Positions 1-11,653 are shown, numbered from the stretch's first letter. The stretch is 64,000 nucleotides of DNA from Clostridiaceae bacterium (GCA_012519085.1 JAAYQX010000023.1:10534-74533), one strand, 5' to 3'. The notes: a model not told the origin generated them from the letters alone. Made by a program: numbers and translations.

Positions 1-71
1 ATCAGTTATAGCCGGATCATCGTCTATAACTGGAAGACAGGCAGATATTGCCGGATGAAATGAGGTAAACC

Positions 72-686
72 ATGAAAAGAACATTGTTAGTTCTACTGGC
101 TTTAGCACTTGTTCTAGTATCTTTTGCTTGTAGCAAAAGTGAGAAGCCTGTAGAGCCAGAAAAAACTGAGGAAGCTGATATCGAAACTGAGGCAGCTATA
201 GAAGAGCCTACAGAGGCGCCCACTGAAGCTCCTACAGATGCCCCTGAGAAACCGAGCGAAGAACCGGATGAAGTAGAAGCACCGGACGATCTGACAATCG
301 TCATCGGGAAACCAATTATATTTGATAATTTTGAAATAGTGATTACAGAATTCAAAGTCGTTGATACTGTTGATGGTAAATACGCACTTAGTGCCACATA
401 TGATTGGATTAATACAAGTGACCAAGAAGAGGCGCCTATACATACTTTCGTCTTAAGAGGATTTCAAAATAATGTTAAAACAGATTTCATTGTGATGGTT
501 GAGGATAATTCATGGTTAGCCATGAAGGAAGTAGAGCCGGGAGGAACAGTCACAGGAATACATGAAACTGTTCCTATTGAAGACATCAATGCGCCTTTAC
601 GGCTTGAGTTGTTGGAGCGTACATACACATTTGATGAGGGAGTAGTGTATTCATTGGAATTTGAAGATTTGAACAAATACAAATAA
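72..686 (+). CDS. Putative lipoprotein with acidic Pro/Glu/Thr-rich linker (DUF4352-like C-terminal domain)
   Basis: N-terminal signal peptide ending in lipobox-like LVSFAC|S. Repeated PTEAPTEAPTDAPE linker. GGT RBS-like gaggt upstream of the ATG. The family assignment is a recollection, not verified. Confidence 0.55.
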   Translation: MKRTLLVLLALALVLVSFACSKSEKPVEPEKTEEADIETEAAIEEPTEAPTEAPTDAPEKPSEEPDEVEAPDDLTIVIGKPIIFDNFEIVITEFKVVDTVDGKYALSATYDWINTSDQEEAPIHTFVLRGFQNNVKTDFIVMVEDNSWLAMKEVEPGGTVTGIHETVPIEDINAPLRLELLERTYTFDEGVVYSLEFEDLNKYK

Positions 687-854
687 TTACAACAAGCGAG
701 CCGGCTCCGCTTCTCTCGTAAAGCAACCGGAACCGGCCGCACAATAGCCCTAAAGATGTATCAGTTGATTTTATCAATCACAGCCTCCGGGATAACCTGG
801 AGGCTTTAATATGCTTAAAAATGCGTGACAAAGAAAGCAAACTACCTATTAGCT

Positions 855-2303
855 CTATTTCCTCAGGGCGGTGGCGGCAGATTCGCCGGCGATGATGCCG
901 CTGGCAAAGGCGAAATGGAGATTATAGCCTCCGGTGGCGCCGGTCACGTCCAGCACTTCGCCGGCGATGTAGAGACCGGGGCGGCTGCGTACCTCCATAG
1001 TGCGTGGATTCAAGGCTGAGGTATAGAGTCCGCCCAGACTGATCTGGGCCTGTTCATAGCCTCTGACGCCGCTGATGCGAAGGCGCCATAAATTGAGTAC
1101 CGCGCTTGCCGCTGCAACCAAGTACTCGTCGGAGCTATTCGCTGTGCCATCCGTTTCGGCAACACGATTATGTATAGCACTGCTGCTATTAGGTTCATTA
1201 TTTACCTGTCTGTTTTCACCGGCGCTTGAGTTAAATCCAGTCCCAATTTTGCCTGCAATAAGTTCACGCCCCAGATATTCTGCCAGCGGCAAGGGCAAGA
1301 TACCCGTCAACAACTGATATTTATTTTCTGCCGGTAGACTGCTGAGGCGCTGCCAGAGACTGGCTTTTACTTCTTGCGCTGACAAATCCGGTACTAAATT
1401 AAGATCCAAAACTAATTGTTCATCTGGCCGTAGCGGATACCATTTTGCCAGCGGACGCAATTTGGCTCTCCGGATTGGCAGTTCAGGACCCTCATCTGCA
1501 GGGATCTCACACCTGATTGCGACTTCGTCCGCCAGCTCCATAGCGGCAATACCGGAAAGACCGTAATCAGTAATGAGGAATTCACCTTGTGTTGACTTCA
1601 AAGCTCGACCTTCACCATCTGCCTCAGCTGTAAGGTTCTTCAGAACCGCTACACCGCGGAAGCGAGTTCCTTTAAGTTGCTGAGACAGAGCAGGCTCAGC
1701 CAGCACCAGCGGCGTAAGCGAGGGATAAACTGCCGTCACTGGCAAGTTCAATTTGGCAGCGAGCAGATAGCCTGATCTGGAGCCGCCGAGTTGCGGTGAG
1801 GCCAGACCACCGGTAGCCAGAACTACTTTTCGGCCTTTAATCATGTGCCCGGATAATAAAGTCACAGTCCAGTGACCACCCTCAGACTTCAGCCTGATGA
1901 CGGGACTTTCCGTCCGGAGTTCAACTCCGGCCCGGCTTAATGCCTCTGATAAAGCGTTTAAAATTGTTGCAGCTTGATTGGAAAGAGGATAAACCCTGCC
2001 TTCAGTATCCACTACCGTCAGCACACCTAGCCGTTCCCAGAACCCCAGCAATTCTTCAGTTGACAGACGGCGCAGCAAGAATTGTACAAAGTTTCGATCC
2101 TGACCGCAATAATCATCAACACTGAGGTCAAAATGTGAAAGATTGCAGCGCCCGTTGCCGGAGGCCAATATCTTTCTTCCGGGTTGCTCTTGGGCTTCCA
2201 GCACCAGGATGCGCAAACTATCATCTTGCTGAGATGCGGCAAGGGCTGCTGCCAATCCTGAAGCGCCACCGCCAATAATTACCAGATCAAAGAAATCTGT
2301 CAT
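855..2303 (-). CDS. NAD(P)/FAD-dependent oxidoreductase, HI0933/BaiN-like flavoprotein family
   Basis: N-terminal dinucleotide fold DLVIIGGGASGLAAA and C-terminal GLYIAGEVLDVTGATGGYNL motif typical of HI0933-family flavoproteins. Contains a low-complexity insertion (NSSAGENRQVNNEPNSSS). Confidence 0.8.
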   Translation of the reverse strand: MTDFFDLVIIGGGASGLAAALAASQQDDSLRILVLEAQEQPGRKILASGNGRCNLSHFDLSVDDYCGQDRNFVQFLLRRLSTEELLGFWERLGVLTVVDTEGRVYPLSNQAATILNALSEALSRAGVELRTESPVIRLKSEGGHWTVTLLSGHMIKGRKVVLATGGLASPQLGGSRSGYLLAAKLNLPVTAVYPSLTPLVLAEPALSQQLKGTRFRGVAVLKNLTAEADGEGRALKSTQGEFLITDYGLSGIAAMELADEVAIRCEIPADEGPELPIRRAKLRPLAKWYPLRPDEQLVLDLNLVPDLSAQEVKASLWQRLSSLPAENKYQLLTGILPLPLAEYLGRELIAGKIGTGFNSSAGENRQVNNEPNSSSAIHNRVAETDGTANSSDEYLVAAASAVLNLWRLRISGVRGYEQAQISLGGLYTSALNPRTMEVRSRPGLYIAGEVLDVTGATGGYNLHFAFASGIIAGESAATALRK

Positions 2304-2316
2304 AATTTGCTCCGGC

Positions 2317-3474
2317 TCATTGAATCAAAAACGGTATCACGGCTTCCGTAGTAATAATCAGGGCTCTGCCGCCCGGAGCAAGATATACCTGTCGCAGCGG
2401 AGCTTCAAAGGCCACACTGCTGGTCAGGACGGAATCCGTCAAATCATAGAGATAAAGTTGTTTATCTGAGGGCAGCAAGAGCCAACCATCGGCAGCAACA
2501 GGTGCCGCTGACAGCAGTGGAATCGCTGTGGTCTTGTTATCACCGGCAGACGAAAGCCGGACCAGCCAAGACTCTTCTGCGCCGCTAGCTGTTCCGAGCA
2601 CAATAATACCTGTACGATCCGCTAAGAGATGGGAGAATCCCTCCGGCACAGCATAGAGGGTCAGATCCTCCGTCTCCATGTCTGCCAGGATGATCCGGTC
2701 CCCGCAGTATGCTGCAACTACATCGTCCGTTCCATGTAAGAAACTGCCAAAATAACCTGATAATCTGACCTCTGATTTCTTTTTGCCATCCAGGCCGTAG
2801 CGCTGAACAAGACATTCCGGATCAACCTGGTCGATATCCAAGATCAAGACATCAAAATAATTTCCACCTGGAGCAATACGAGCCAGCAGCGGATAGCCGG
2901 ATTCCTGATACTCGAGCACAAACTTCATCTCATTGTGGGAGAGATCATAGTATCTGATCTCCCCTTTGTTATCCTTGCCTTGATCCAAGATTAACAGATC
3001 ATCTCCCCGCAGATCCGCCCCAACAGCTTTACTTTTAACTTTATCGGCAAAGACAATGCCCGACTCCTTGGCCACTACAAACTCGGGACTATCTTTATCA
3101 CTTAGTATCAAGCTGTCGTATGACCTGCTGATGATTCGCGCCGAGAGCAAATTAGTTTCATGCCAGGCATGCTCCCTACCTTTGGCATCGAGATACAGCA
3201 GTCCTCCCTGTTCAATTCGGACCTGATAGGAACCTACCGGGTATAAAGAAACCTCTTCGTCTGAGGCTAGCTCATAACCCGAACCGCCTTGTATCATGCG
3301 CTGTACTTCGCTGCGGGCATTTATAATGGCGTTGACATTGGGATCAAAGATTAAAATTACAGCAATCGTCAGGACTATGGTCATGATCAATAGCCACACC
3401 AAAAGAGGGGTATCCCCTACCAAATATCTGCGTCTTTCATCCGGCAGCGGCTTTTTTTCGTAAACAACCATCAA
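2317..3474 (-). CDS. Membrane-anchored hypothetical protein (possibly DUF5711-like, beta-rich ectodomain)
   Basis: Single N-terminal TM helix (LLVWLLIMTIVLTIAVILIF) followed by about 330 aa without catalytic motifs. Sits 13 nt upstream of the flavoprotein gene, so probably co-transcribed. Confidence 0.45.
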   Translation of the reverse strand: MMVVYEKKPLPDERRRYLVGDTPLLVWLLIMTIVLTIAVILIFDPNVNAIINARSEVQRMIQGGSGYELASDEEVSLYPVGSYQVRIEQGGLLYLDAKGREHAWHETNLLSARIISRSYDSLILSDKDSPEFVVAKESGIVFADKVKSKAVGADLRGDDLLILDQGKDNKGEIRYYDLSHNEMKFVLEYQESGYPLLARIAPGGNYFDVLILDIDQVDPECLVQRYGLDGKKKSEVRLSGYFGSFLHGTDDVVAAYCGDRIILADMETEDLTLYAVPEGFSHLLADRTGIIVLGTASGAEESWLVRLSSAGDNKTTAIPLLSAAPVAADGWLLLPSDKQLYLYDLTDSVLTSSVAFEAPLRQVYLAPGGRALIITTEAVIPFLIQ

Positions 3475-3551
3475 AACTTCACTTCACCTTAGTTTATCCG
3501 GCCGGCTAACAACCGTATTTTTTCTGTTCCTATCTTATCATAAGATGCCGA

Positions 3552-3586
3552 CAAATTAAGAACAGCCCTGTCCATGGACAGGGCTG
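3552..3586 (-). terminator. Rho-independent terminator candidate downstream of groEL
   Basis: Perfect 11-bp stem cagccctgtcc/ggacagggctg (3563-3573 / 3576-3586) with a 2-nt centre, followed on the minus strand by ttcttaattt. Confidence 0.6.
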
Positions 3587-3616
3587 CCAATAACTAAATC
3601 TATTTAGTCGCTATCC

Positions 3617-5248
<1,632 letters not shown>

Positions 5249-5264
5249 TTAATACGCCGAGCGC

Positions 5265-5576
<312 letters not shown>

Positions 5577-5590
5577 TTAATTTACAGTAA

Positions 5591-5617
5591 TTAGCACTCA
5601 GGCTGTCCGAGTGCTAA
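5591..5617. promoter_or_regulatory. CIRCE operator (HrcA binding site) upstream of groES
   Basis: Exact consensus TTAGCACTC-N9-GAGTGCTAA (ttagcactc aggctgtcc gagtgctaa), 42 nt upstream of the groES start. Confidence 0.92.
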
Positions 5618-5724
5618 CTAAGATTAATATAACGCCAGAGATATCCTTTGTCAAGCTCAGCCGGCAATATTCTTCAAGTTTGTATCCAGGCCGACACTTT
5701 TGCTACAGTTTGCACCGCAATCAG

Positions 5725-6396
5725 TCAAAAAATGGTTTCCAACAAACTCAGGAAATAGTTTTTCTCGCGCAAGAAGCTAGCTATATGAGAATTTTCCTGC
5801 CAAGTACCAAATTTAGGAACCCAAGGTGTCAGAGCCGACATCAAAAGCAAAAGGAAAACTATAATAATCAGACCCAAAGCGAGATTACTTATACCGCCGC
5901 CTACCCTATTCAAAAAACCGACCAGATATATATTGTCCAACATTTTGGTCAGACCCCTGGTAGCCAATTTTAAAATTACATTTACCAGGATAAATAAAAT
6001 CAAAAAAACCACAACGGCAACTGCCAGCTTAGTTAAAACCCGTGCTATATTCTCAATCCAGCTCTGATCATTACCGCCTGTCTGATCCGTAAGATAACGA
6101 ATCCACACATTGGGCAAGCCGAGTTTAGTAAGAACATCCGTAATCAGTCCATTATTATCTGTTGCGACAACTTGAATTTTTTGTGTCAATTCTTGCATTT
6201 TGCCGCCAAAAAAGCCCTGCTGCAAAAGCCAACTGCTCCCGGGACGAACCAAGACAAAAGAAGTTGCCATGGCGATCAGGATTATGACCAAGTCGGCCAC
6301 AGAACGCAATAAACCACGTCGCAGACCCCAATAGAATGATCCTGAAAGAATAATGATGATAAGGAGATCAAATATCAGTTGAATATTCCTCCTCAT
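5725..6396 (-). CDS. CvpA-family integral membrane protein
   Basis: Four or five predicted TM helices and an N-terminus (IFDLLIIIILSGSFYWGLRRGLLRS) resembling the colicin V production protein family. The 29-nt overlap with galE suggests the true start may lie downstream. Confidence 0.55.
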   Translation of the reverse strand: MRRNIQLIFDLLIIIILSGSFYWGLRRGLLRSVADLVIILIAMATSFVLVRPGSSWLLQQGFFGGKMQELTQKIQVVATDNNGLITDVLTKLGLPNVWIRYLTDQTGGNDQSWIENIARVLTKLAVAVVVFLILFILVNVILKLATRGLTKMLDNIYLVGFLNRVGGGISNLALGLIIIVFLLLLMSALTPWVPKFGTWQENSHIASFLREKNYFLSLLETIF

Positions 6397-7402
6397 AACC
6401 GTTGGGATTTTGCTCCTGCCAGCGCCAGGAATCGAGACACATCTCCTTTAGATCACGCTCGGCCCGCCAGCCCAGGACGCTGGCAGCCAGCGAGGGGTCA
6501 GAGTATACTTCCGCCAAATCGCCACTGCGCCGCTCTGCGATTTCATACTTGATCGTGCGTCCTGAAACCTCTTCAAAGGCCCGAATCACTTCCAGCACAC
6601 TATATCCTCTGCCGGTTCCGAGATTAAAAGCTTGAACTCCTTTGATCTCAGACAGATAGTCCAAAGCCAGGAGATGTCCTGCAGCCAGATCAAGCACATG
6701 CAAATAATCCCTGACTCCCGTACCGTCGCGGGTCGGATAATCTGCACCGAAGATTTGAAGTGACTCTCTCTTGCCCACAGCTACTTGTGTAATATATGGC
6801 ATGAGGTTATTGGGAATACCTTTAGGATCCTCACCGATACGCCCGCTCTTATCTGCTCCAATGGGATTAAAATAGCGCAGCAAAACAATCGCAGCTTCCG
6901 GTTTCGCCGCAGCATAGGAACGTAAGATCTCTTCATTCATCAACTTGCTCCAACCGTAGGGATTGCTCGCACGCAGAGCTGACTGCTCTGACAAAGGCAG
7001 TGGAGAAGTTGGATCATAGACGGTAGCGGAAGAGCTGAAGACAATTTTTGTTACTCCAAACTCCGTCATTAGCTCCAATAATGTTAGAGTGCTGTCCAGA
7101 TTATTGCGGTAGTAAGCGAGCGGAACTGCAACAGATTCAGCCACAGCTTTCAGACCGGCAAAATGAATGACAGCATCAATCCGGAAATTTTCAAAGATGC
7201 GGTGCATAGCATCGCCGTTGCAGACATCAGTCTGGTGAAAAGAAAAATCTCGGCCTGAGAGCTCACCGATCCTGCGCACAACTTCCATTTTACTGTTTCT
7301 GAGATCATCGACTATGATCACCGAATGACCTTCCCGCAACAGTGCCAAGACTGTATGACTGCCAATATAACCTGCTCCGCCTGTAACCAGAACTGTTGAC
7401 AT
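6368..7402 (-). CDS. galE: UDP-glucose 4-epimerase
   Basis: VLVTGGAGYIGSH Rossmann motif, SSSATVYG-like SSSATVYD, and YGWSKLMNE containing the YxxxK catalytic motif. Confidence 0.9.
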   Translation of the reverse strand: MSTVLVTGGAGYIGSHTVLALLREGHSVIIVDDLRNSKMEVVRRIGELSGRDFSFHQTDVCNGDAMHRIFENFRIDAVIHFAGLKAVAESVAVPLAYYRNNLDSTLTLLELMTEFGVTKIVFSSSATVYDPTSPLPLSEQSALRASNPYGWSKLMNEEILRSYAAAKPEAAIVLLRYFNPIGADKSGRIGEDPKGIPNNLMPYITQVAVGKRESLQIFGADYPTRDGTGVRDYLHVLDLAAGHLLALDYLSEIKGVQAFNLGTGRGYSVLEVIRAFEEVSGRTIKYEIAERRSGDLAEVYSDPSLAASVLGWRAERDLKEMCLDSWRWQEQNPNGYEEEYSTDI

Positions 7403-7571
7403 TGTTTCCCTCCGGTCAAACTGGATTTCAGTTGCTTATTATACCATTCCCTTATCCGCCTCGATAGGAGTACATGTTATAATCATTTACGTGGCGGAAG
7501 CAATGCCGGGAAACTTATCATCTGCACGCATGTAAATAATTTAAGACTGCAAGGTCTGTAGAGAGAATAAT

Positions 7572-8120
7572 ATGGCCTTAGATCAAGAAACATTGAACAA
7601 AATCATTATCCTGAAAATTGTCAGTCAGCTCCCGGGTATTCGCCAGGGAATGCTGGCAGATGCCGCCGTGGATTCTCTGCAAATGAATTTCATCGAATAC
7701 AGCCTTGCACTGGCAGAATTAAAAGAAAACAAGTTAGTTCATCAGGCTATTAGAAAAAGCGAACCACATCTGGATGCCGCCAACCAAGCTGTCGAAAGAT
7801 TGGATATTACAGCTCATGGTCTGGAAGTGCTAAAGGCCTTGGAACACCAAATCCCTGCCTCTGTGCAGAAATGGCTGCAACGTAGGATTGTTCAATTATC
7901 CGGAGAGAAACATCAAATTGAGGCACATAGTTCACGCATACAGCCAACCGCAGCCGGAGAATGGTTGCTGATTCTGGAACGTTTTGAGCAAGAAAATCCT
8001 AATTTCCGGCTGGAACTCACTTTTCCTACCAAAGATATGGCGGAAAAAGCCGCCTCCGCCTGGGAAACGGCTTCATTTGATCTGTACGAAATAATTCTGC
8101 AGCATTTACTTGCAGATTAA
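7572..8120 (+). CDS. Hypothetical protein, possibly DUF4364-type winged-helix protein
   Basis: 182-aa soluble protein. The N-terminal region resembles small Clostridial putative transcription regulators. No catalytic motif found. Confidence 0.4.
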   Translation: MALDQETLNKIIILKIVSQLPGIRQGMLADAAVDSLQMNFIEYSLALAELKENKLVHQAIRKSEPHLDAANQAVERLDITAHGLEVLKALEHQIPASVQKWLQRRIVQLSGEKHQIEAHSSRIQPTAAGEWLLILERFEQENPNFRLELTFPTKDMAEKAASAWETASFDLYEIILQHLLAD

Positions 8121-8127
8121 GCCGCTA

Positions 8128-9348
8128 TTAAGTCAACAAAGTCTCCGCCGGCAAAGCCTTGATCTTGCTGACCAGCTCCTCAGCTAAGCGCTCCAGGGCT
8201 AGATAGTCTTCCTCTGCGGGCAGACCGAGACAGAGAACAGCCGGCAGTTGTTCAGCTTTAACCTTGTCCAGCAATGAGAGCATGGTTTTTTCTACCATCG
8301 TGCCCCAGCCATAAGAACCGATCAAACCCATAAATTTAGTTTTCACACGCATAGTATTCAATAACAGCGCTACATAAGCCTGATTAGGATGCGGGCCACC
8401 CAGCACTGTGGGCGTGGCCAGCACAATCGCAGCAGCGTCAACCGAGCGGTACAAAGTTTCACCGGCTGTGGCACGGAGATCTCTGTCGCTATCACCCAAA
8501 TCAATTGTAGCTACCTCCAAACCAAGCTCTCTTATTTTCTGCTCCAGATGCCGAACCATCAGCTCCGTAGAATCATGCATGCTGACATATGGTATGACAA
8601 CTGTAGGTGTTACGGCCTCAGATGTCCAGCGCTCATACAGACTCAGAATCAAATCCGGATCTCGCCAAACAGGGCCATGAGACGGCAGAATCAGGGCGGG
8701 ATTGAGATCCCTGGTCCATTGGGTATATTTACCCACCTGTCGACGTGTCGGCATCATAATCTCCGCATAGTATTCCCGGGCAGCCCTTTTTTGTTTGCTG
8801 AGATCGGGCCGAGCCGCATCTTCCGCTGCATAGTGCGAGCCGAACAGATCTGAGGAAAACAGCATTTTCTCCTCCGCCAGATAGACCATTGTATTGTCCG
8901 GCCAATGGGCAAAGGGTATGGTCTTAAAACGCAAAGTCAAGGAGCCCAATTCGAGTTCTTCGTTATCGCCCATGATGATAAAATCAGAGCAGGGGATGTG
9001 GAGATGATGCTCCATCAGCTCTGCAACCTTGGCACTGCCAACCAATTTGACCTCCGGAAATACTTTCAGCAGATCAAGAGTCGCTCCGGAATGATCCTGC
9101 TCTGTGTGCAAGCAGATCAAATAATCCAGCTTGGCAATGCCGAGTTCCTGCAGATTTTGCAAGAGGATATCTTTCTTGCCGGGATCTACAGGATCTATCA
9201 GGGCAGTTTTCTCATCTTGGATCAGATATGAATTATATGTGGTTCCATATTCGGTAGGAACCAGCTTATCGAATAAAAGCAGTTCCGGATGGGGGGCACC
9301 TACCTCATAGACAAAATCAGAAATCTTTAACATGGGAAATCCTTTCAA
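8128..9348 (-). CDS. FprA-family flavodiiron protein (metallo-beta-lactamase fold plus flavodoxin-like domain)
   Basis: Diiron ligand motif HTEQDHSG (HxExDH) in the N-terminal MBL-fold half. The C-terminal half of about 140 aa is flavodoxin-like (IVLATPTVLGGPHP). 406 aa, typical for class A FDPs. Confidence 0.85.
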   Translation of the reverse strand: MKGFPMLKISDFVYEVGAPHPELLLFDKLVPTEYGTTYNSYLIQDEKTALIDPVDPGKKDILLQNLQELGIAKLDYLICLHTEQDHSGATLDLLKVFPEVKLVGSAKVAELMEHHLHIPCSDFIIMGDNEELELGSLTLRFKTIPFAHWPDNTMVYLAEEKMLFSSDLFGSHYAAEDAARPDLSKQKRAAREYYAEIMMPTRRQVGKYTQWTRDLNPALILPSHGPVWRDPDLILSLYERWTSEAVTPTVVIPYVSMHDSTELMVRHLEQKIRELGLEVATIDLGDSDRDLRATAGETLYRSVDAAAIVLATPTVLGGPHPNQAYVALLLNTMRVKTKFMGLIGSYGWGTMVEKTMLSLLDKVKAEQLPAVLCLGLPAEEDYLALERLAEELVSKIKALPAETLLT

Positions 9349-9423
9349 TAATTAAATGACCGGTTATTGGGCAACCGGCCATTAGAAACAATTCGATACA
9401 GTCCTATATAGCTTTAAATTTCT

Positions 9424-9585
9424 CTAGTCAGTCGGTGAGAAATCTTCAATTGCAGCTCCGCAAAGCGGACAAACCCAATCTTCAGGAAGATCTGCAAATG
9501 CTGTACCAGCTTCTACGCCGTTGTCCGGGTCACCCAGCTCCGGGTCATAAACCCATCCACAAAGATCACAGATATATTTTTGCAT
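9424..9585 (-). CDS. Rubredoxin (53 aa; absent from the ORF track because it is under 60 aa)
   Basis: Manual minus-strand translation gives [53 protein letters not shown]. It has the two CxxCG knuckles (C6-C9, C39-C42) and the conserved WVCPxCG. Lies 75 nt upstream of the flavodiiron gene on the same strand. Confidence 0.92.
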   Translation of the reverse strand: MQKYICDLCGWVYDPELGDPDNGVEAGTAFADLPEDWVCPLCGAAIEDFSPTD

Positions 9586-9685
9586 TATGTGTCCTCACTT
9601 TCATTAAATATAAATATTTTTAATATTTAAATAATTACTGAACAGATTACATCAATTATAACCTCATTAGTCAAATGATTTGCAA

Positions 9686-9713
9686 ATTATAAGAAAATTC
9701 AAGGAAAATTCAA
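9686..9713 (-). promoter_or_regulatory. Sigma-A type promoter candidate for rubredoxin/flavodiiron operon
   Basis: On the minus strand: TTGAAT (9713-9708), a 16-nt spacer, then TATAAT (9691-9686). Confidence 0.45.
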
Positions 9714-9750
9714 GATTAGTTTCTAAAGTTACCTATTGCACTGATTTTAT

Positions 9751-11019
9751 TCAGTCTGTAAATTCGAACTCCGTACCATCGAGCAAGACTGTATCCCCGT
9801 CTTCCATACCTGCAGCCCGCAAAGCATCTTCCAACCCGGCCTCGTCAACTTGTCTCTGGAAATGGCGCCGAGATTCATAATCGCTGAAATTGGTCGACTG
9901 GATCAGCTCGCGAATCCAAGCTCCTTTAACAGAAAGCAGCCCGCCTTGCTTAACGATAGTAAATTTCTCTTCCGGCTCAAAGCGATAAATCTTGCGCAAC
10001 TCTTCGGCTTCAGCCGGAAAAAACGGCGGCAGCTTAGATACGGTCGCCGCCAGATCATTGACCAGTTTATCTATTCCCTCTTTTGTCGCTGCCGAAATCT
10101 CATAGACCGGGTAACCCTCCTGTTCCAATTGGTTTCGCAGCTCTTTGATTTTTGCCGGATCGGCCAGATCAATCTTATTCAGTACAACCCATTGCGGTCG
10201 TTGGGCCAGTTCTTGCCTGTACTGCCTGAGTTCCTGATTGATAATTGTGAAATCGGAATATGGCTCCCTGCCCTCCTGCCCGGAAGCATCCACCAGATGC
10301 AACAAAATTCTGGTGCGCTCAATATGTCTTAAAAAATCATGTCCCATACCGGCGCCATCGGCAGCTCCTTCAATCAAGCCCGGAATATCCGCCGCCACAA
10401 AGCTGAAATCTCCTTTGGTCACCACACCCAGAACCGGTTCCGTTGTCGTAAAGGGATAGTCTGCTATTTTGGGCTTGGCCGCCGAAATAACTGATAATAA
10501 AGTTGACTTACCGGCATTAGGAAACCCGATCAGGGCCACATCGGCAATCAATTTCAACTCCAACTTGATCTCTAACTGCTGCCCGGTCTTACCTGCCGTA
10601 GCAAAACGAGGTGTCTGCCGCACGGAAGTAGCAAATTTGGCATTGCCGAGGCCGCCTCTGCCGCCTTTGACCAGCACGACCTCGTCATCAGGCTCAACCA
10701 GATCGGCAATCAGCTCATCCGTATCTGCCCTGCGCACCATAGTTCCCGGCGGTACCGTGATGATCAAGTCGTCGGCAGATTTGCCGGTTTTTTTATTGGC
10801 GCCTCCCTTGGCACCATGTTCAGCAAAAAATTTATGGCGGAAACGGAAATCAATCAGAGTATTCTTGGCAGTGTCCACACGCATTATCACACTGCCGCCT
10901 CTGCCGCCGTCTCCACCATCAGGACCACCCGTGGGAATATTCTTATCCCTATAAAAAGACATATGTCCGTTCCCGCCATTGCCGGAACGGACAATTAATC
11001 TAGCACGATCGTAAAACAA
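9751..11019 (-). CDS. obg: GTPase Obg/CgtA
   Basis: Gly-rich Obg fold N-terminus (RSGNGGNGHMSFYRDK, GGPDGGDGGRGG), G1 motif GFPNAGKST, DIPGLIEGA, and a C-terminal OCT/TGS-like domain. Confidence 0.95.
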   Translation of the reverse strand: MFYDRARLIVRSGNGGNGHMSFYRDKNIPTGGPDGGDGGRGGSVIMRVDTAKNTLIDFRFRHKFFAEHGAKGGANKKTGKSADDLIITVPPGTMVRRADTDELIADLVEPDDEVVLVKGGRGGLGNAKFATSVRQTPRFATAGKTGQQLEIKLELKLIADVALIGFPNAGKSTLLSVISAAKPKIADYPFTTTEPVLGVVTKGDFSFVAADIPGLIEGAADGAGMGHDFLRHIERTRILLHLVDASGQEGREPYSDFTIINQELRQYRQELAQRPQWVVLNKIDLADPAKIKELRNQLEQEGYPVYEISAATKEGIDKLVNDLAATVSKLPPFFPAEAEELRKIYRFEPEEKFTIVKQGGLLSVKGAWIRELIQSTNFSDYESRRHFQRQVDEAGLEDALRAAGMEDGDTVLLDGTEFEFTD

Positions 11020-11020
11020 T

Positions 11021-11302
11021 TTACTCTAGCGGATAAACACTGGCACAGGTGCGGTTGCGACCCATCCGCTCATAACGCACCAGACCGTCAATGGTTGCAA
11101 ACAAGGTATCATCCTTGCCTTTACCTACATTGGTACCCGGATGAATCTTGGTTCCGCGCTGGCGATAGATAATGCTGCCAGCCAGGCAGAATTGACCGTC
11201 GCCGAGTTTAGCGCCCAATCTTTTGGCACGTGAATCGCGGCCGTTTCTGGTCGAACCCATACCTCTTTTGTGTGCCAATAACTGCAAATCTATTCTAATC
11301 AT
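11021..11302 (-). CDS. rpmA: 50S ribosomal protein L27 (with N-terminal propeptide)
   Basis: [19 protein letters not shown]...RQRGTK. The N-terminal extension before the AHK motif fits Prp-processed L27. Confidence 0.95.
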   Translation of the reverse strand: MIRIDLQLLAHKRGMGSTRNGRDSRAKRLGAKLGDGQFCLAGSIIYRQRGTKIHPGTNVGKGKDDTLFATIDGLVRYERMGRNRTCASVYPLE

Positions 11303-11652
11303 TGTAATCCTCCTGACTCTAATTTTACTTCGACGGTAAGGAACTGACTGCCGTAGCTATCTTGTATCTGTCTAGCTCCGATCTCCACAGCTCGCATCAG
11401 GGCATCCGCCTGAATCCGTCCGGTCTGATCTAATTCTTCTTCCTTGATCCGGCAGCAGATATCCCCCGGCTTGAGAGTATAAGTCGGCTCCAGTCCGACA
11501 ATCTCCTGCAAAGATCCTATTATGCTCTGTGCCAGGCCGGAAGCGGCGGCACAGACGATATCTTCTCCATATTCTCCCTGCCCTGCATGACCTGTCATGT
11601 GAAAGGCATGGGTAAAGCCTGAACCGGTGCGCCAGATAGTAACTTTAATCAT
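11299..11652 (-). CDS. prp: Ribosomal-processing cysteine protease Prp
   Basis: 117 aa, located between rplU and rpmA. Contains the [17 protein letters not shown] motif (His/Cys dyad region) typical of the YsxB/Prp family. Confidence 0.85.
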   Translation of the reverse strand: MIKVTIWRTGSGFTHAFHMTGHAGQGEYGEDIVCAAASGLAQSIIGSLQEIVGLEPTYTLKPGDICCRIKEEELDQTGRIQADALMRAVEIGARQIQDSYGSQFLTVEVKLESGGLQ

Positions 11653-11653
11653 C

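Noticed and set aside
17-443. Two minus-strand ORFs (126 aa and 109 aa) at the window start
   Set aside because: Both are antisense to the lipoprotein gene. Their Ser/Gly-rich translations mirror the acidic linker repeat of the plus-strand gene.
9435-9623. 62-aa plus-strand ORF
   Set aside because: The opposite strand encodes a complete rubredoxin with both CxxC knuckles. The plus-strand translation has no features.
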